From a bacterium (GTDB lineage Bacteria > Patescibacteriota > Dojkabacteria > SC72), in the NCBI GenBank assembly GCA_021107795.1, contig JAIOSB010000021.1, positions 5,249 through 69,248 on the forward strand: 64,000 nt of DNA, in the 5' to 3' direction. This document shows, in pieces, positions 18,792 to 29,327 of the stretch (its first letter is position 1; every line of letters starts with the position of its first letter). The notes beneath the pieces were generated by a model that was given only the letters and a program-made list of their open reading frames with translations, ran no database searches and had not been told where the DNA came from. Position numbers and translations under genes: made by a program.

Positions 18792-19989
18792 CACTCTCTC
18801 TTGCAAACTTCTCACTGGCATGTACATACCTAGTAGTTGTGTCTAAACTCTCATGACCAAGTAGAACTTGTAGTACTGCAGCGTTTGCACCATTCTCTGC
18901 CATATATGTTGCAAACCCATGTCTTAAACTATGTGCTGATGTAGGAATTTGTATACCTAACCGTCTTCTGTAATCCGCTATCCTCTCCTGAAAGTAGTTG
19001 GTAGAAAGCCTACACTCTTTTTTACGAGTACTTTGACCATGGAAAGGTATAAAGACTGCCTGAGAGTTAAATCTTTCTAAAAACCTATTCCTCCTGTACT
19101 CTTCAATCAACCTAATATACCGTCTACTATCATCTCCACCCTTTAAATCTGCAAACAACCTATCCACCTCTCCAGGACTATCCTCTTTCTCCCTATCCGT
19201 AAACGCATGTTCTAATCTAACTTTCAAATACTTGTTTAACCAATCCATACTCCTAGAAGTTAAAAATACAGCTCTCTCTTTACCACCTTTTCCCAATATA
19301 TACATCTTTCCATCTGTACTGACCTTCTCAAGATCTAAACCAATCAACTCTGAGATACGCATACCAGAGGCAAAGAGCATCTCAAGCATAGTTCTGTTAC
19401 GAAGTGCAACCTTCTCACTCTTCTCGAATTCCATAGGGGACTCTATCAATGATATGAGTTCTTGTATGGAGGCAACCTTCTTAACTCTCTTCTTTGTTCT
19501 AATTAAACTAACCGCATCAGGAGGAAACGGAATATCCCTATCCATCCCAATCTGATACTTAAGATATGATCTGAATGCAGAAAGCATCCTGTTAATACTC
19601 TTCTCATCTAAACCTCCATCTGTTCTACTTCTACTGTTTTGTGGCCTTTCTAATATTCCTAAACTACCATACACTTTTCTGTAAATATCTTCTAAGAAAT
19701 CTTCCCGATATTTTTCAAGATCTTTACCTTCTTTAGTAAGGAACTCCTTTCGTACAATATCTAGTGCATCTAGATGCCTTCCTTCTAGGAGATATCCTTT
19801 GTAATTGCTAATATCATCCTTGGCCATTTTCTCAAAAGGGATATCGTTTGTGTAAAGGTATACGGCTAAGATACACAAATCTCTAGCATAGGTATGTATG
19901 GTTTGTTTACTGTAGGCATTATTTTGTAAATACAACAAAAAGTCATCTTGATTGGGAAGCTTAGGAATGTCTTTAAGTAAGGTACTCAT
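18766..19989 (-). CDS. site-specific tyrosine recombinase (XerC/XerD-like)
   Basis: C-terminal HSLRHGFAT...LGHESLDTTTRYVH (R-H-R-Y catalytic signature); N-terminal SAM-like core-binding domain with a long insert. Confidence 0.75.
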   Translation of the reverse strand: MSTLLKDIPKLPNQDDFLLYLQNNAYSKQTIHTYARDLCILAVYLYTNDIPFEKMAKDDISNYKGYLLEGRHLDALDIVRKEFLTKEGKDLEKYREDFLEDIYRKVYGSLGILERPQNSRSRTDGGLDEKSINRMLSAFRSYLKYQIGMDRDIPFPPDAVSLIRTKKRVKKVASIQELISLIESPMEFEKSEKVALRNRTMLEMLFASGMRISELIGLDLEKVSTDGKMYILGKGGKERAVFLTSRSMDWLNKYLKVRLEHAFTDREKEDSPGEVDRLFADLKGGDDSRRYIRLIEEYRRNRFLERFNSQAVFIPFHGQSTRKKECRLSTNYFQERIADYRRRLGIQIPTSAHSLRHGFATYMAENGANAAVLQVLLGHESLDTTTRYVHASEKFARESVSKFHPLK

Positions 19990-20034
19990 ATATAGATATA
20001 TTACTACAATATGAAGAGGTAGTATAATGAAGGT

Positions 20035-21516
20035 ATGAATGAAATGTTACAAAACAAATTGGACTCACTTCCTCAAGTACCTGGAGTGTATAAGTTTTTG
20101 AATGAGAAAGGAGAAATCCTTTACATTGGTAAAGCAGTAAGGATTGGGTCTAGAGTAAACTCATACTTTAAGGAAGAGATGTATGATAGGCCAAGGGTTA
20201 GACAAATGATGCCCCTTGTTAGAGATTTAGAAATTGTAGAGACTAACAATGAGGTAGAAGCATTAGTATTGGAATCTGCATTAATTAAGAAATACAAGCC
20301 GAAGTATAACTCAGATCTTAAGGATGATAAGTCATATGCATGGATCTATGTATCAACCAAAGAAGATTTTCCTACAGTTAAGATTGTGAGAAGTACGGAC
20401 AGGAAAGAATACAAGAAAGGAAGACTCTTTGGACCATACCCAAGTGGTCTAGCAGTAAAGAGAGTATTTACCTACCTTCGTAAACTGTACCCATTTTGTA
20501 CATGCTCTAAGAATCAAAAAGAACCATGTCTTAATTTTCATCTAGGACTTTGTCCAGGGCCATATCAAGGGAAGATATCTAAAGAAGATTACAGGGTTAA
20601 TATTAACGAGATTGTAAAGTTTCTAAATGGTCGTAAAAAAGGACAGCTCAAAGAGATGAGAAAGGAGATGAAACAATATTCTAAAGAGAAGAAGTATGAG
20701 AAAGCTGCAGAAGTAAGAGACAGGGTGAAGGATTTGGAATATCTAGGGCAAAATATTGAATTTAACTATCACCAGAACGAATCAAATTACAAAGCTAGGA
20801 GGGTAATATCTAGGAATGAGAGTTTTGAGGAATTGGCTATGGAGTTGGATATTGATAATCTTAATCGTATAGAGTGCTACGATATTTCAAATATGCAAGG
20901 TAAACATGCGTATGGTTCAATGGTAGTATCTGTAGAAGGAAATCTCTCTCGATCACAGTACAGGATATTTAAGATAAGGGGTAAGGATACACCAGATGAT
21001 CCTGCGATGTTAAAAGAGGTATTACAGAGGAGATTGAGGCATATTGGTAAGGATGAGGATGAAAGTTTATGTAGTAAGCCAGATATTGTTTTACTTGATG
21101 GAGCAAAATCACAGCTAGGTGTTGTAAAGAAATACATTGATGACGATATCGTCCTTATGGGTATATCGAAAGGAAAGTATCTTAAGAGAGCCGGTTTGAA
21201 GAAAAGAGATGAGTTTTGGATAGTGAGAGATGGTGAAATATATTCCATAGACCTTGTAAATCCAGCTCTACTTATTGATCTTAGAGATGAAGCTCATAGG
21301 TTTGCGATTACTCATTACAGAAAGAGAGCTATTAAGGAAGGTAAGAGATCTGTTTTGGAAAAAATCCCAGGAATAGGGGAGAAGAGAAGAGGGGGGTTGA
21401 TTAAGAAATTTAAGAATATTGAGAATATAAAGAAGGCGTCTGTTGAGGAAATAGATGAGGTTATTAAGAATAAGAAGGTTTCAGAGAGTGTTAAGAATCT
21501 TCTCCAAGATATTTAA
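20035..21516 (+). CDS. uvrC: excinuclease ABC subunit C
   Basis: N-terminal GIY-YIG (GVYKFLNEKGEILYIGKA), UVR motif, C-terminal HhH IPGIGEKRR. Confidence 0.85.
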   Translation: MNEMLQNKLDSLPQVPGVYKFLNEKGEILYIGKAVRIGSRVNSYFKEEMYDRPRVRQMMPLVRDLEIVETNNEVEALVLESALIKKYKPKYNSDLKDDKSYAWIYVSTKEDFPTVKIVRSTDRKEYKKGRLFGPYPSGLAVKRVFTYLRKLYPFCTCSKNQKEPCLNFHLGLCPGPYQGKISKEDYRVNINEIVKFLNGRKKGQLKEMRKEMKQYSKEKKYEKAAEVRDRVKDLEYLGQNIEFNYHQNESNYKARRVISRNESFEELAMELDIDNLNRIECYDISNMQGKHAYGSMVVSVEGNLSRSQYRIFKIRGKDTPDDPAMLKEVLQRRLRHIGKDEDESLCSKPDIVLLDGAKSQLGVVKKYIDDDIVLMGISKGKYLKRAGLKKRDEFWIVRDGEIYSIDLVNPALLIDLRDEAHRFAITHYRKRAIKEGKRSVLEKIPGIGEKRRGGLIKKFKNIENIKKASVEEIDEVIKNKKVSESVKNLLQDI

Positions 21517-22534
21517 TATTTTCAATAATATATTGATATAGTGGATCGGATTTATCCTCAGTGCTTAATATATATGTTACGAAGTTCTTTCCATTTTTTA
21601 GTATTAAAATATCTCTTTGTTGTGTATCTGAGGATATTATTCCACTAAGGGATGAGTTTCCTCTAAAGGTAGTTGTAAAAGTATTTATTACATTCCATTC
21701 TTCACTCCCTGTACTTAGGATTTCTACATAGTCATGTAGTTGATAGTCTAGTGCTTTGCTTCCCCAATATCCTACGGGATAGATGGTAATGTAATTCCCG
21801 GAAGATATTTTTTGGAAATTTACAGCTCTTAGGTCTTCGAATTCGGAGACTTCATATCTTACTAAGTACTCCTTTGGGATTTTAATTTGCCATGGATAGT
21901 CTGGTAGAAGTTCTTGATTATCACTACCAGCTAGTAGCATATCTATCTCTATTTCATTGCTAATTCTATTACTCAGTCCATTCCTTGCTTCCTCTATTGT
22001 GATATATTCGTACCAAATATCATCAAATTTAGAATATATCCTTAATCCTTTCTCACTGTTTACCCAATATTGTCCATATTTCTTTCCCTCACTCCCTATC
22101 AAAATATCCAAGACTAATTCCCACCCTTTATCGTTTAATTCATTGATGTAATATTCTTTTACTTCATCAAAACTACTCCTGTCCGTTATCTCATATGCAC
22201 TTTGTCCACTTGCTAGCATATCTTTTACTGTTTGATTGTCCATATTGTTATGGTAAAGGAACATACTATTTGGGTATATGGGGATATCCTCTAATCCTAA
22301 TACAGTCTCTGTTTTTATACTTTCCTCATCAGGTGTGTGAGTGAGTTTCAGGATTAATCCAAAGACTACACTTATACATATACCTATGATTGTAGTGTAG
22401 AAGAGTATCTTTCTAACATTAATCTTTTGCTTTAGCCCTTGTACTCTCCTTTTGTTCCTTGATCTTTTTAGGCTAGATCCTTTAGTTTTGAAGAAAACTT
22501 TCTTATCTTTAGTAACTTTTTTTCTTTTTCCCAT
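21491..22534 (-). CDS. hypothetical membrane-anchored protein with K/R-rich N-terminal tail
   Basis: 347 aa; single TM ILFYTTIIGICISVVFGLIL after basic N-terminus. Confidence 0.3.
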   Translation of the reverse strand: MGKRKKVTKDKKVFFKTKGSSLKRSRNKRRVQGLKQKINVRKILFYTTIIGICISVVFGLILKLTHTPDEESIKTETVLGLEDIPIYPNSMFLYHNNMDNQTVKDMLASGQSAYEITDRSSFDEVKEYYINELNDKGWELVLDILIGSEGKKYGQYWVNSEKGLRIYSKFDDIWYEYITIEEARNGLSNRISNEIEIDMLLAGSDNQELLPDYPWQIKIPKEYLVRYEVSEFEDLRAVNFQKISSGNYITIYPVGYWGSKALDYQLHDYVEILSTGSEEWNVINTFTTTFRGNSSLSGIISSDTQQRDILILKNGKNFVTYILSTEDKSDPLYQYIIENIKYLGEDS

Positions 22535-22601
22535 TATTTAAGATTACTTTGTAAGAGATATTTTTTCAATATGGGTGTTTTGTAGTATAATTACAAATTA
22601 C

Positions 22602-22676
22602 TGCGGGATCGTCTAATTGGTAGGACGCCGGCCTTTGAAGCCGAGAATCATAGTTCGAGTCTATGTCCCGCAACCA
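22602..22676 (+). tRNA. tRNA-Gln (anticodon UUG)
   Basis: U1:A72 acceptor TGCGGGA/TCCCGCA, anticodon stem CCGGC/GCCGA, loop CTTTGAA (UUG), T-arm CATAG-TTCGAGT-CTATG, encoded CCA. Confidence 0.8.
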
Positions 22677-22712
22677 ATAGGAGAAATTGCAGATCTCTGA
22701 TAAGATATACAT

Positions 22713-23525
22713 ATGAGTAAAAAGAACTGTCTTTTAATTGTATTTGTAGTGATTCTAACTGTTTGTGTATTGACTGCTACCCTTCTCTATCTCCAAAAAG
22801 AAGAAACTTCCTACTGGATTCCACAAGTAGGAGATTCATTCCAATGGCAACTCTCTGGTTCTCCAATTGATACAACCATTGAAGTAGATATCTACGACAT
22901 AGATCTATTCGAAACACCCCAAGAAGTTATAGATAACCTTCATACAAATGATAAGAAGGTCATCTGCTATATCAATGTAGGAGCATGGGAACAATTTCGT
23001 AATGATTCAGACCAGTTTAAAGAAGAAATACTTGGAAACAACTGCGAAGGATGGGAAGGTGAAAGATGGCTTGATATTAGTAGGTATGAGATATTTAGTG
23101 ACATTTTAGAACAACGCTTTGATCTTGCTAAAGAAAAAGGCTGTGACGCTATCGAACCAGACAACATACAAGGATATCAAGAAGAAACAGGTTTCGATTT
23201 AACATACGAGGATCAACTAACCTACAATATATGGCTTGCCCACCAAGCACACTCAAGAGGTATGTCTATTGGTCTTAAAAACAATCCGGATCAAGTAGGA
23301 GATCTTGTAGAGCACTACGATTGGGCATTATTGGAGGATTGTCATGTATGGGAGTTTTGTGAAGAGTTCAAACCATTTATTCAAGAAGGAAAGGCTGTCT
23401 TTCAAGTGGAGTATGTGGATAGTGAGATAGGGTTAAATGATTTTTGTAGTGAAAGTGTTTCCAATAACTACTTTGGTATACTGAAGAATAGGGAATTAGA
23501 TAGTTGGGTAGAGTTTTGTAATTAA
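22713..23525 (+). CDS. secreted glycoside hydrolase family 114 (PelA/Ega3-like endo-alpha-1,4-polygalactosaminidase) domain protein
   Basis: N-terminal TM/signal; VICYINVGAWEQFR, GERWLDIS, KGCDAIEPDNIQGY, WLAHQAHSRGMSIGLKN match GH114 consensus. Confidence 0.65.
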   Translation: MSKKNCLLIVFVVILTVCVLTATLLYLQKEETSYWIPQVGDSFQWQLSGSPIDTTIEVDIYDIDLFETPQEVIDNLHTNDKKVICYINVGAWEQFRNDSDQFKEEILGNNCEGWEGERWLDISRYEIFSDILEQRFDLAKEKGCDAIEPDNIQGYQEETGFDLTYEDQLTYNIWLAHQAHSRGMSIGLKNNPDQVGDLVEHYDWALLEDCHVWEFCEEFKPFIQEGKAVFQVEYVDSEIGLNDFCSESVSNNYFGILKNRELDSWVEFCN

Positions 23526-23541
23526 CTTATTATAAAAGGAT

Positions 23542-23805
23542 ATGGGAAAGAAAAATCTTAGTTGGATATGGAAGAATTTGTTAGTGATAGTGGTTAGTGC
23601 TATTGGTGGAGGTATGTTTTCAATTGTGTATGGGATTCAGGTTTGGTTCCCAGTACAAATGTCCGAATTGTCCGGATTGGAAGCTCTGTTTGGTGTAGTT
23701 CCAATCCTTCTAGTCACAGTAATTCTTTTCGGACTTCTTGGTTTGGTTGTGGGAGGGATAATAGGAATAGTGGTTTATCAAATAATTAGGTTAGTACGGA
23801 AGTAG
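23542..23805 (+). CDS. small hydrophobic membrane protein
   Basis: 87 aa, two predicted TM segments. Confidence 0.25.
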   Translation: MGKKNLSWIWKNLLVIVVSAIGGGMFSIVYGIQVWFPVQMSELSGLEALFGVVPILLVTVILFGLLGLVVGGIIGIVVYQIIRLVRK

Positions 23806-23824
23806 CAGAATGATATAATGTCTC

Positions 23825-24697
23825 ATGCACAAACCCCTTCAAACTAAATCTGCTCTACACAAACTTAAATCAAACTACCTACCATACAAATACGATCTAA
23901 ACATATACAGAGGATGTAAACATAACTGTATATACTGCTTTGCCCAATACTCTCACCAATACTTAGAATCAAAAGACTTCTTTAATGATATTTACTACAA
24001 AGAAAATATAGTAGAGGTATTAGAAAAAGAATTAAGCTCTAGGAACTGGAAAGGAGAAGTAATAAACATTGGGGGAGTTACAGATACATACCAACCAATA
24101 GAAAAGGAGATGGAGTTAATGCCTAAGATTCTCAAACTAATGATTAAATATGAAAACCCAGTAAGTATATGTACTAAATCAGACCTAATACTAAGAGATA
24201 TAGAATTGATAAAAGAACTAAGTGAGAAAACTGTAGTAAACATTGCCTCCAGTATTACATGTAAAGATGAAAAAGTTCGTAAAAAATTTGAACCATACTC
24301 CCCATCTACAATGCGAAGGTTTGACATGTTGGAAAGAATTAAGAAAGAAACAAAAGCTAGTACAGGAATATTAATGATGCCCATATTCCCATATATTACG
24401 GATAGTGTAGAGAATCTGGAATATATCTTTAAGAAGGCTAAAGAGTTGGATGTTGAGTTTGTACTACCCGCTATCCTTAATCTAAAAGGAGATACTAAAG
24501 AAAAAGTATTTAGTTTTTTACAAAAAGAATACCCCTTACTTCTACCTAAGTATGAAAGGATGTACAAAGGGGCATTTGTAGAGAAGGTGTATAGGGATGC
24601 TTTCTATATTAAAATTAGGAATATTAAGAAGAAATACAATTTCCAAAACAAAGGAGTTAAGTATGAACCGGAAAGGCAGTTGTCTATATTTACTTAA
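23825..24697 (+). CDS. radical SAM protein, SplB/DNA-repair-photolyase-like (COG1533)
   Basis: YRGCKHNCIYCFAQ Cx3Cx2C near N-terminus, about 290 aa. Confidence 0.55.
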   Translation: MHKPLQTKSALHKLKSNYLPYKYDLNIYRGCKHNCIYCFAQYSHQYLESKDFFNDIYYKENIVEVLEKELSSRNWKGEVINIGGVTDTYQPIEKEMELMPKILKLMIKYENPVSICTKSDLILRDIELIKELSEKTVVNIASSITCKDEKVRKKFEPYSPSTMRRFDMLERIKKETKASTGILMMPIFPYITDSVENLEYIFKKAKELDVEFVLPAILNLKGDTKEKVFSFLQKEYPLLLPKYERMYKGAFVEKVYRDAFYIKIRNIKKKYNFQNKGVKYEPERQLSIFT

Positions 24698-25469
24698 ATA
24701 ACCGAAGGGTCTCTTTATACCCCATACCGATGTATTCAACCCTATTCTCTACCATCTTCTTAAGTGAAGTGTTCTCGATATTGACAAACAATTTCTTGTT
24801 TGCAGATTCTAAGTCTTTCTGTGCAATATGGTACAAATTTGTTAGATATACCCTATTTGATAAGTCTGCAATATTAAGTTTCTTTTCATCATTCTCAAAC
24901 AATCCTTGGACATTTACTCCAAAAACTTTCCTTCCTCCAATACTCTTCACGGCATGAACAGGAACACTTTCGGCAAGAGCCCCATCTACTAGATATCTAC
25001 CATTGTCTTCGAAAGGTTTGAAAACAAGAGGAATAGACGAACTGGCCCTCATTGCATCTTTGAGAAATCCTGAAGTATGATACACTTTCTGTCCTGTCAG
25101 AATATCTACACTAACAGCAATGAAGGGGATTACACAATCGGAGAGATCTGCATTACCGACATACTTCTCGAGCTCTTTCATAAAAGCGTCTCCTTTTAAG
25201 ACGCCATTAAGTAATCCAACATCACTACCAAAGATTTGAAGTAATCGTTTTGTATCATATCCAACAAATATCTCCTCAACTTGAGAAATATTCCCCCACA
25301 ATGCATACATCCCTCCAATTAAGGCACCTATACTAGTGCCACCAATATGAGTAATCTCAATATCTAGTTCTTCAAGAGCTTTGATTACACCAATATGTAC
25401 AAAGCCCTTAACTCCACCTGAACCAAGTGCTAGTGCATAGCGTGTCTTACCTTTGAGAAATTCAAACAT
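24690..25469 (-). CDS. patatin-like phospholipase
   Basis: GSGGVKG oxyanion loop, GTSIGA (GxSxG), DGAL (Asp of dyad). Confidence 0.75.
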   Translation of the reverse strand: MFEFLKGKTRYALALGSGGVKGFVHIGVIKALEELDIEITHIGGTSIGALIGGMYALWGNISQVEEIFVGYDTKRLLQIFGSDVGLLNGVLKGDAFMKELEKYVGNADLSDCVIPFIAVSVDILTGQKVYHTSGFLKDAMRASSSIPLVFKPFEDNGRYLVDGALAESVPVHAVKSIGGRKVFGVNVQGLFENDEKKLNIADLSNRVYLTNLYHIAQKDLESANKKLFVNIENTSLKKMVENRVEYIGMGYKETLRLFK

Positions 25470-25473
25470 TTAT

Positions 25474-27462
25474 TTATATACTTAATTTAATATCCTTAAC
25501 CTGATCCCTTAACTCTGTTGCTTTCTCAAACTGTAAATTAGAAGCTGCAAACAACATCTTAGATTCTAAATCTTTAATAAGTGATTTCTTCTGTCTCTCT
25601 GACAAAGCCTTAATATCAAACTCTACAGACCTATCTTCCAACTTCTCTTTTTCTACCAAAGAATCCCTAATATCCTTCTTAATACTAGTAGGAGTAATGC
25701 CATGCTCCTTGTTGTAGTGTGTCTGGTACTCTCTTCTACGATTAGTCTCATCAATAGCATACTTCATACTCTCTGTATGCTTATCTGCGTACATAATGAC
25801 TCTTCCCTCTACATGCCTTGCAGCACGACCAATGGTTTGTACTAAACTAATCTTTGATCTTAAGAACCCCTCCTTGTCAGCATCCAATATTAATACTAAA
25901 GAAACCTCTGGCAAATCGATACCCTCTCTAAGTAAATTAATACCTACAACTACATCATATTTACCAAGTCTTAAATCCCGAAGTATTTCTACTCTCTCTA
26001 CAGTATCAATATCTGAGTGAAGATATTGGACTTTCACATTTAACTCCTTGAGATAGTCTGTGAGATCTTCTGACATTTTCTTAGTAAGAGTTGTAACAAT
26101 TACCCTCTGTCCCTTCTCTACATTCTTACTAATCTCTGTAATTACATCATCAATTTGATTCTCTGTAGGCCTAACATCAACTACAGGATCTAGCAACCCT
26201 GTAGGTCTAGTAAGTAACTCTCGTACACACTCATTACTATCCAATATCTCCCATTCATTAGGAGTAGCAGAGAAATATATGGTTTTACCTTGCTTCTTCC
26301 TAAATTCTTCAAAGTTAAGAGGTCTGTTGTCATATGCACTAGGCAATCGAAAACCATACTCAATTAAATTGGTCTTCCTTGCCCTATCTCCATTGTGCAT
26401 ACCTCCAACTTGAGGAATTGTGATGTGACTTTCATCAACAAGTAAGAGATAGTCACTAGGAAAGTAATCAAGAAGAGAAAATGGAGGCTCTCCTGCATGT
26501 CTACCATCGAAATATATGGAGTAGTTCTCCATACTCTTGCAATATCCGACTTCCATAAGCATTTCAATATCATACATAGTTTTTTGCTCTAGCCTTTGGG
26601 CTTCCACCAACTTCCCAATATTTTTAAGAAAATCAACACGCTTCTTTAAATCAATCTTAATCATCTCAATCGCATTTGATATTGTAGACTGTTCAAATAC
26701 TAAGGGTGTAGCTGGAAATACATCTAGCTCCTTAAGCTCTTCCGTCTTCTGTCTTGTAATCGGATGTATCCTAGATATGGCATCAATCTCATTACCCCAA
26801 AATTCGATTCTAACAGGATATTCGTCATATGGCATATATATCTCCACATTATCCCCCGATATTCTAAATCCCTTCCTTTCTAGATCATACTGGTTGCGCT
26901 CATATCTCATAAGGGTGAGCTGTTTAGAAAGTGTATCTAGATCAATATTTTGACCAATATTAAGGTAAATAGCCTTATCTCTGTAATTCTCAGGACTTCC
27001 AATATTGTAAATACAAGATACAGAAGCTACTACAATGGTATCTGTCCGATTAAGAAGTGCGTTCATAGCACTACTCCTCATCGCCTCTATCTCATCATTC
27101 ACTTGAGACTCTTTTTCAATGTAGAGATCTTTAGAAGGAACATATGCTTCTGGTTGGTAGTAATCGTAGTAAGATACGAAATATTTAACAGCATTACTTG
27201 GGAAAAACTCTTTAAACTCTTCATAGAGTTGTGCAGCTAGAGTTTTGTTGTGAGAGAGTATTAGTGCAGGCTTGTTGTACTTCTCAATTAGATTAGCCAT
27301 TACAAATGTTTTCCCTGAACCTGTAACACCAAGTAAGGTTTGTTTACCATTTCCCTGTGAGAGACCCGTATCAAGTAGTGAGATTACTTGAGTTTGATCT
27401 TTAGAGGGATTAAATTTTGATTCTAATTCGAATTTTCTCTTAATCATCTCAGATTTTAACAT
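25474..27462 (-). CDS. uvrB: excinuclease ABC subunit B
   Basis: 662 aa; Walker A GVTGSGKT, helicase motifs, C-terminal UVR domain. Confidence 0.95.
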   Translation of the reverse strand: MLKSEMIKRKFELESKFNPSKDQTQVISLLDTGLSQGNGKQTLLGVTGSGKTFVMANLIEKYNKPALILSHNKTLAAQLYEEFKEFFPSNAVKYFVSYYDYYQPEAYVPSKDLYIEKESQVNDEIEAMRSSAMNALLNRTDTIVVASVSCIYNIGSPENYRDKAIYLNIGQNIDLDTLSKQLTLMRYERNQYDLERKGFRISGDNVEIYMPYDEYPVRIEFWGNEIDAISRIHPITRQKTEELKELDVFPATPLVFEQSTISNAIEMIKIDLKKRVDFLKNIGKLVEAQRLEQKTMYDIEMLMEVGYCKSMENYSIYFDGRHAGEPPFSLLDYFPSDYLLLVDESHITIPQVGGMHNGDRARKTNLIEYGFRLPSAYDNRPLNFEEFRKKQGKTIYFSATPNEWEILDSNECVRELLTRPTGLLDPVVDVRPTENQIDDVITEISKNVEKGQRVIVTTLTKKMSEDLTDYLKELNVKVQYLHSDIDTVERVEILRDLRLGKYDVVVGINLLREGIDLPEVSLVLILDADKEGFLRSKISLVQTIGRAARHVEGRVIMYADKHTESMKYAIDETNRRREYQTHYNKEHGITPTSIKKDIRDSLVEKEKLEDRSVEFDIKALSERQKKSLIKDLESKMLFAASNLQFEKATELRDQVKDIKLSI

Positions 27463-27494
27463 ATCTACACTCTGCTTGTGTTACAATATGTTGT

Positions 27495-29327
27495 ATGAAA
27501 AAGAAATTACAGCTAAACAAACTCTCTAGTGAAGTTATAAATCAGATTGCAGCCGGAGAGGTAATTGAAAGACCCTCGTCCATAGTGAAAGAGCTAGTAG
27601 ACAACAGTATTGATGCTGGAGCTAGCAAGATTGTAATTAGGATTAGAGATGGAGGAATGTCATTAATTGAGGTAAGTGACAATGGGGGGGGTATACCAAA
27701 AGAAAATCTTTCAGATATATTCCTTGCTCACACTACTACAAAATTAGCCAATATGGATGATCTTAACACTCTCCTTAGTATGGGGTTTAGAGGAGAAGCC
27801 CTCTCTACCATTGTGGCAGTTTCTAAGGTCTCTGTGACATCAAAATATGATGGGGAGAAAGTAGGGAACAAGATATCATTTACATCTGACAGTGAATCTA
27901 AAGTTTCAAGTACTCCCAGAGAAAGTGGTACTGTTGTAAAAGTTGAAGATATCTTTGAGAATATTCCAGTTAGAAAAAAATATCTTAAAACTGTACAGAC
28001 GGAATACAGACACATTGTAGATATATTAACTCCCTACTTCTTAATATATCCCAATATTCACTTCGAACTTTTCAAGAATGACAAACAGGTCATTAATCTC
28101 CTATCTAAAGAAGTAAATTCTGGAATATTGGATAAAGATAGAGTAAAAGAAGTACTTAAACAAGATTTTGTGGATAGGATGGAAAAGGTGTTTTTTGAAG
28201 GTAATGGTATTAAGGTTTCTGGCTTAACTGCACATCCATCAGATCATAAGAAGAGAACTAAGTTTCAACATATCTTTGTGAATGGAAGAAGCGTATGGGA
28301 CAATGGGATTGCCAGAGCTGTAATACAGGGCTATGAGCGATATATCCCTCATGGAGAAAAGATCCCTTTCATAATTACAATCAATATCAATCCTGAATTG
28401 GTAGATGTGAATATCCATCCAAGAAAAGAAGAGGTGAAATTTCTTAACCCCTACAGAGTTTTCTCTGCGGTTGAGCAGGCAGTGTCCAAAGCTCTTGAGA
28501 AATTGGTTAGTTACAAAGATGTGGGGAAAAAGAATGTGGGTGATTCAAAAGCTCAATATATTCCAGATTTTACTAGAAAATCAAAAGACTATGCATCTTC
28601 AAAGAATATTACTTTCTCTAAGAGAGGATCAGTAAGTGATAGCTTGAAGTTTAGTGAAGCAATATTAAAGGAATCCAAACCTTTGGGTGCATCTGATATC
28701 GGTATCCAGACATCATTCTTAAAACCAGAGAAGGAAGTTGGGGAGTATAAAGCAAAAGAAGTTGTTTCTTTTTATCAAATCTTTAAGAAATATGTCATTG
28801 TGGAGTTTGAGAATGAAATATGGATTGTTGATCAGCATGCAGCAGCAGAGAGAGTTACCTTTGAGAAACTCTCAAAGAGTGTAGAGATTAAAAATACTGA
28901 TATTCAGAATCTCTTGGTTCCAACAGAGATGGGTATTACACACTCTGATATCGAATTTCTAAAGGAATACAAGAAAATGGTAAACAATCTAGGTTTTGAT
29001 ATTGAGATTAAAAAGGGAAGACTGTCAATTAAATCCATTCCTGTAGAGTTTGTACATGCAGATATTGAGAAACTGTTTAACGATATCTTTGATATGGATA
29101 TTGAAGACAGTAAGAAGAATTTAGATAGGCTTAAGATGGATATGGTAGCTACTATGGCTTGTCATACAAGTATTAGGGCTGGGCAAAGGTTAGATATTCC
29201 ATTAATGAAGGATGTGTATTACAATCTACTAGATTGTGACAATCCATATTCTTGTCCTCATGGAAGACCAATTGTATGGAGAATGAGTATAGAGGAGATA
29301 GATAGTAAATTTGATAGGACATATTAA
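27495..29327 (+). CDS. mutL: DNA mismatch repair protein MutL
   Basis: 610 aa; GHKL ATPase N-domain (IAAGEVIERP, VKELVDNSIDAGA), C-terminal dimerisation domain. Confidence 0.9.
   Translation: MKKKLQLNKLSSEVINQIAAGEVIERPSSIVKELVDNSIDAGASKIVIRIRDGGMSLIEVSDNGGGIPKENLSDIFLAHTTTKLANMDDLNTLLSMGFRGEALSTIVAVSKVSVTSKYDGEKVGNKISFTSDSESKVSSTPRESGTVVKVEDIFENIPVRKKYLKTVQTEYRHIVDILTPYFLIYPNIHFELFKNDKQVINLLSKEVNSGILDKDRVKEVLKQDFVDRMEKVFFEGNGIKVSGLTAHPSDHKKRTKFQHIFVNGRSVWDNGIARAVIQGYERYIPHGEKIPFIITININPELVDVNIHPRKEEVKFLNPYRVFSAVEQAVSKALEKLVSYKDVGKKNVGDSKAQYIPDFTRKSKDYASSKNITFSKRGSVSDSLKFSEAILKESKPLGASDIGIQTSFLKPEKEVGEYKAKEVVSFYQIFKKYVIVEFENEIWIVDQHAAAERVTFEKLSKSVEIKNTDIQNLLVPTEMGITHSDIEFLKEYKKMVNNLGFDIEIKKGRLSIKSIPVEFVHADIEKLFNDIFDMDIEDSKKNLDRLKMDMVATMACHTSIRAGQRLDIPLMKDVYYNLLDCDNPYSCPHGRPIVWRMSIEEIDSKFDRTY

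Noticed and set aside
18766-19989. Integrase as marker of a prophage or genomic island
   Set aside because: Flanked by dnaE and uvrC. No phage structural genes, att-like repeats or adjacent tRNA. More consistent with a chromosomal Xer-type recombinase.
14858-20034. TTAGTATAAC upstream of dnaE and TAGTATAAT upstream of uvrC as additional LexA boxes
   Set aside because: They lack the GTATAC core. They are indistinguishable from AT-rich -10 elements by eye. A PWM scan is needed.
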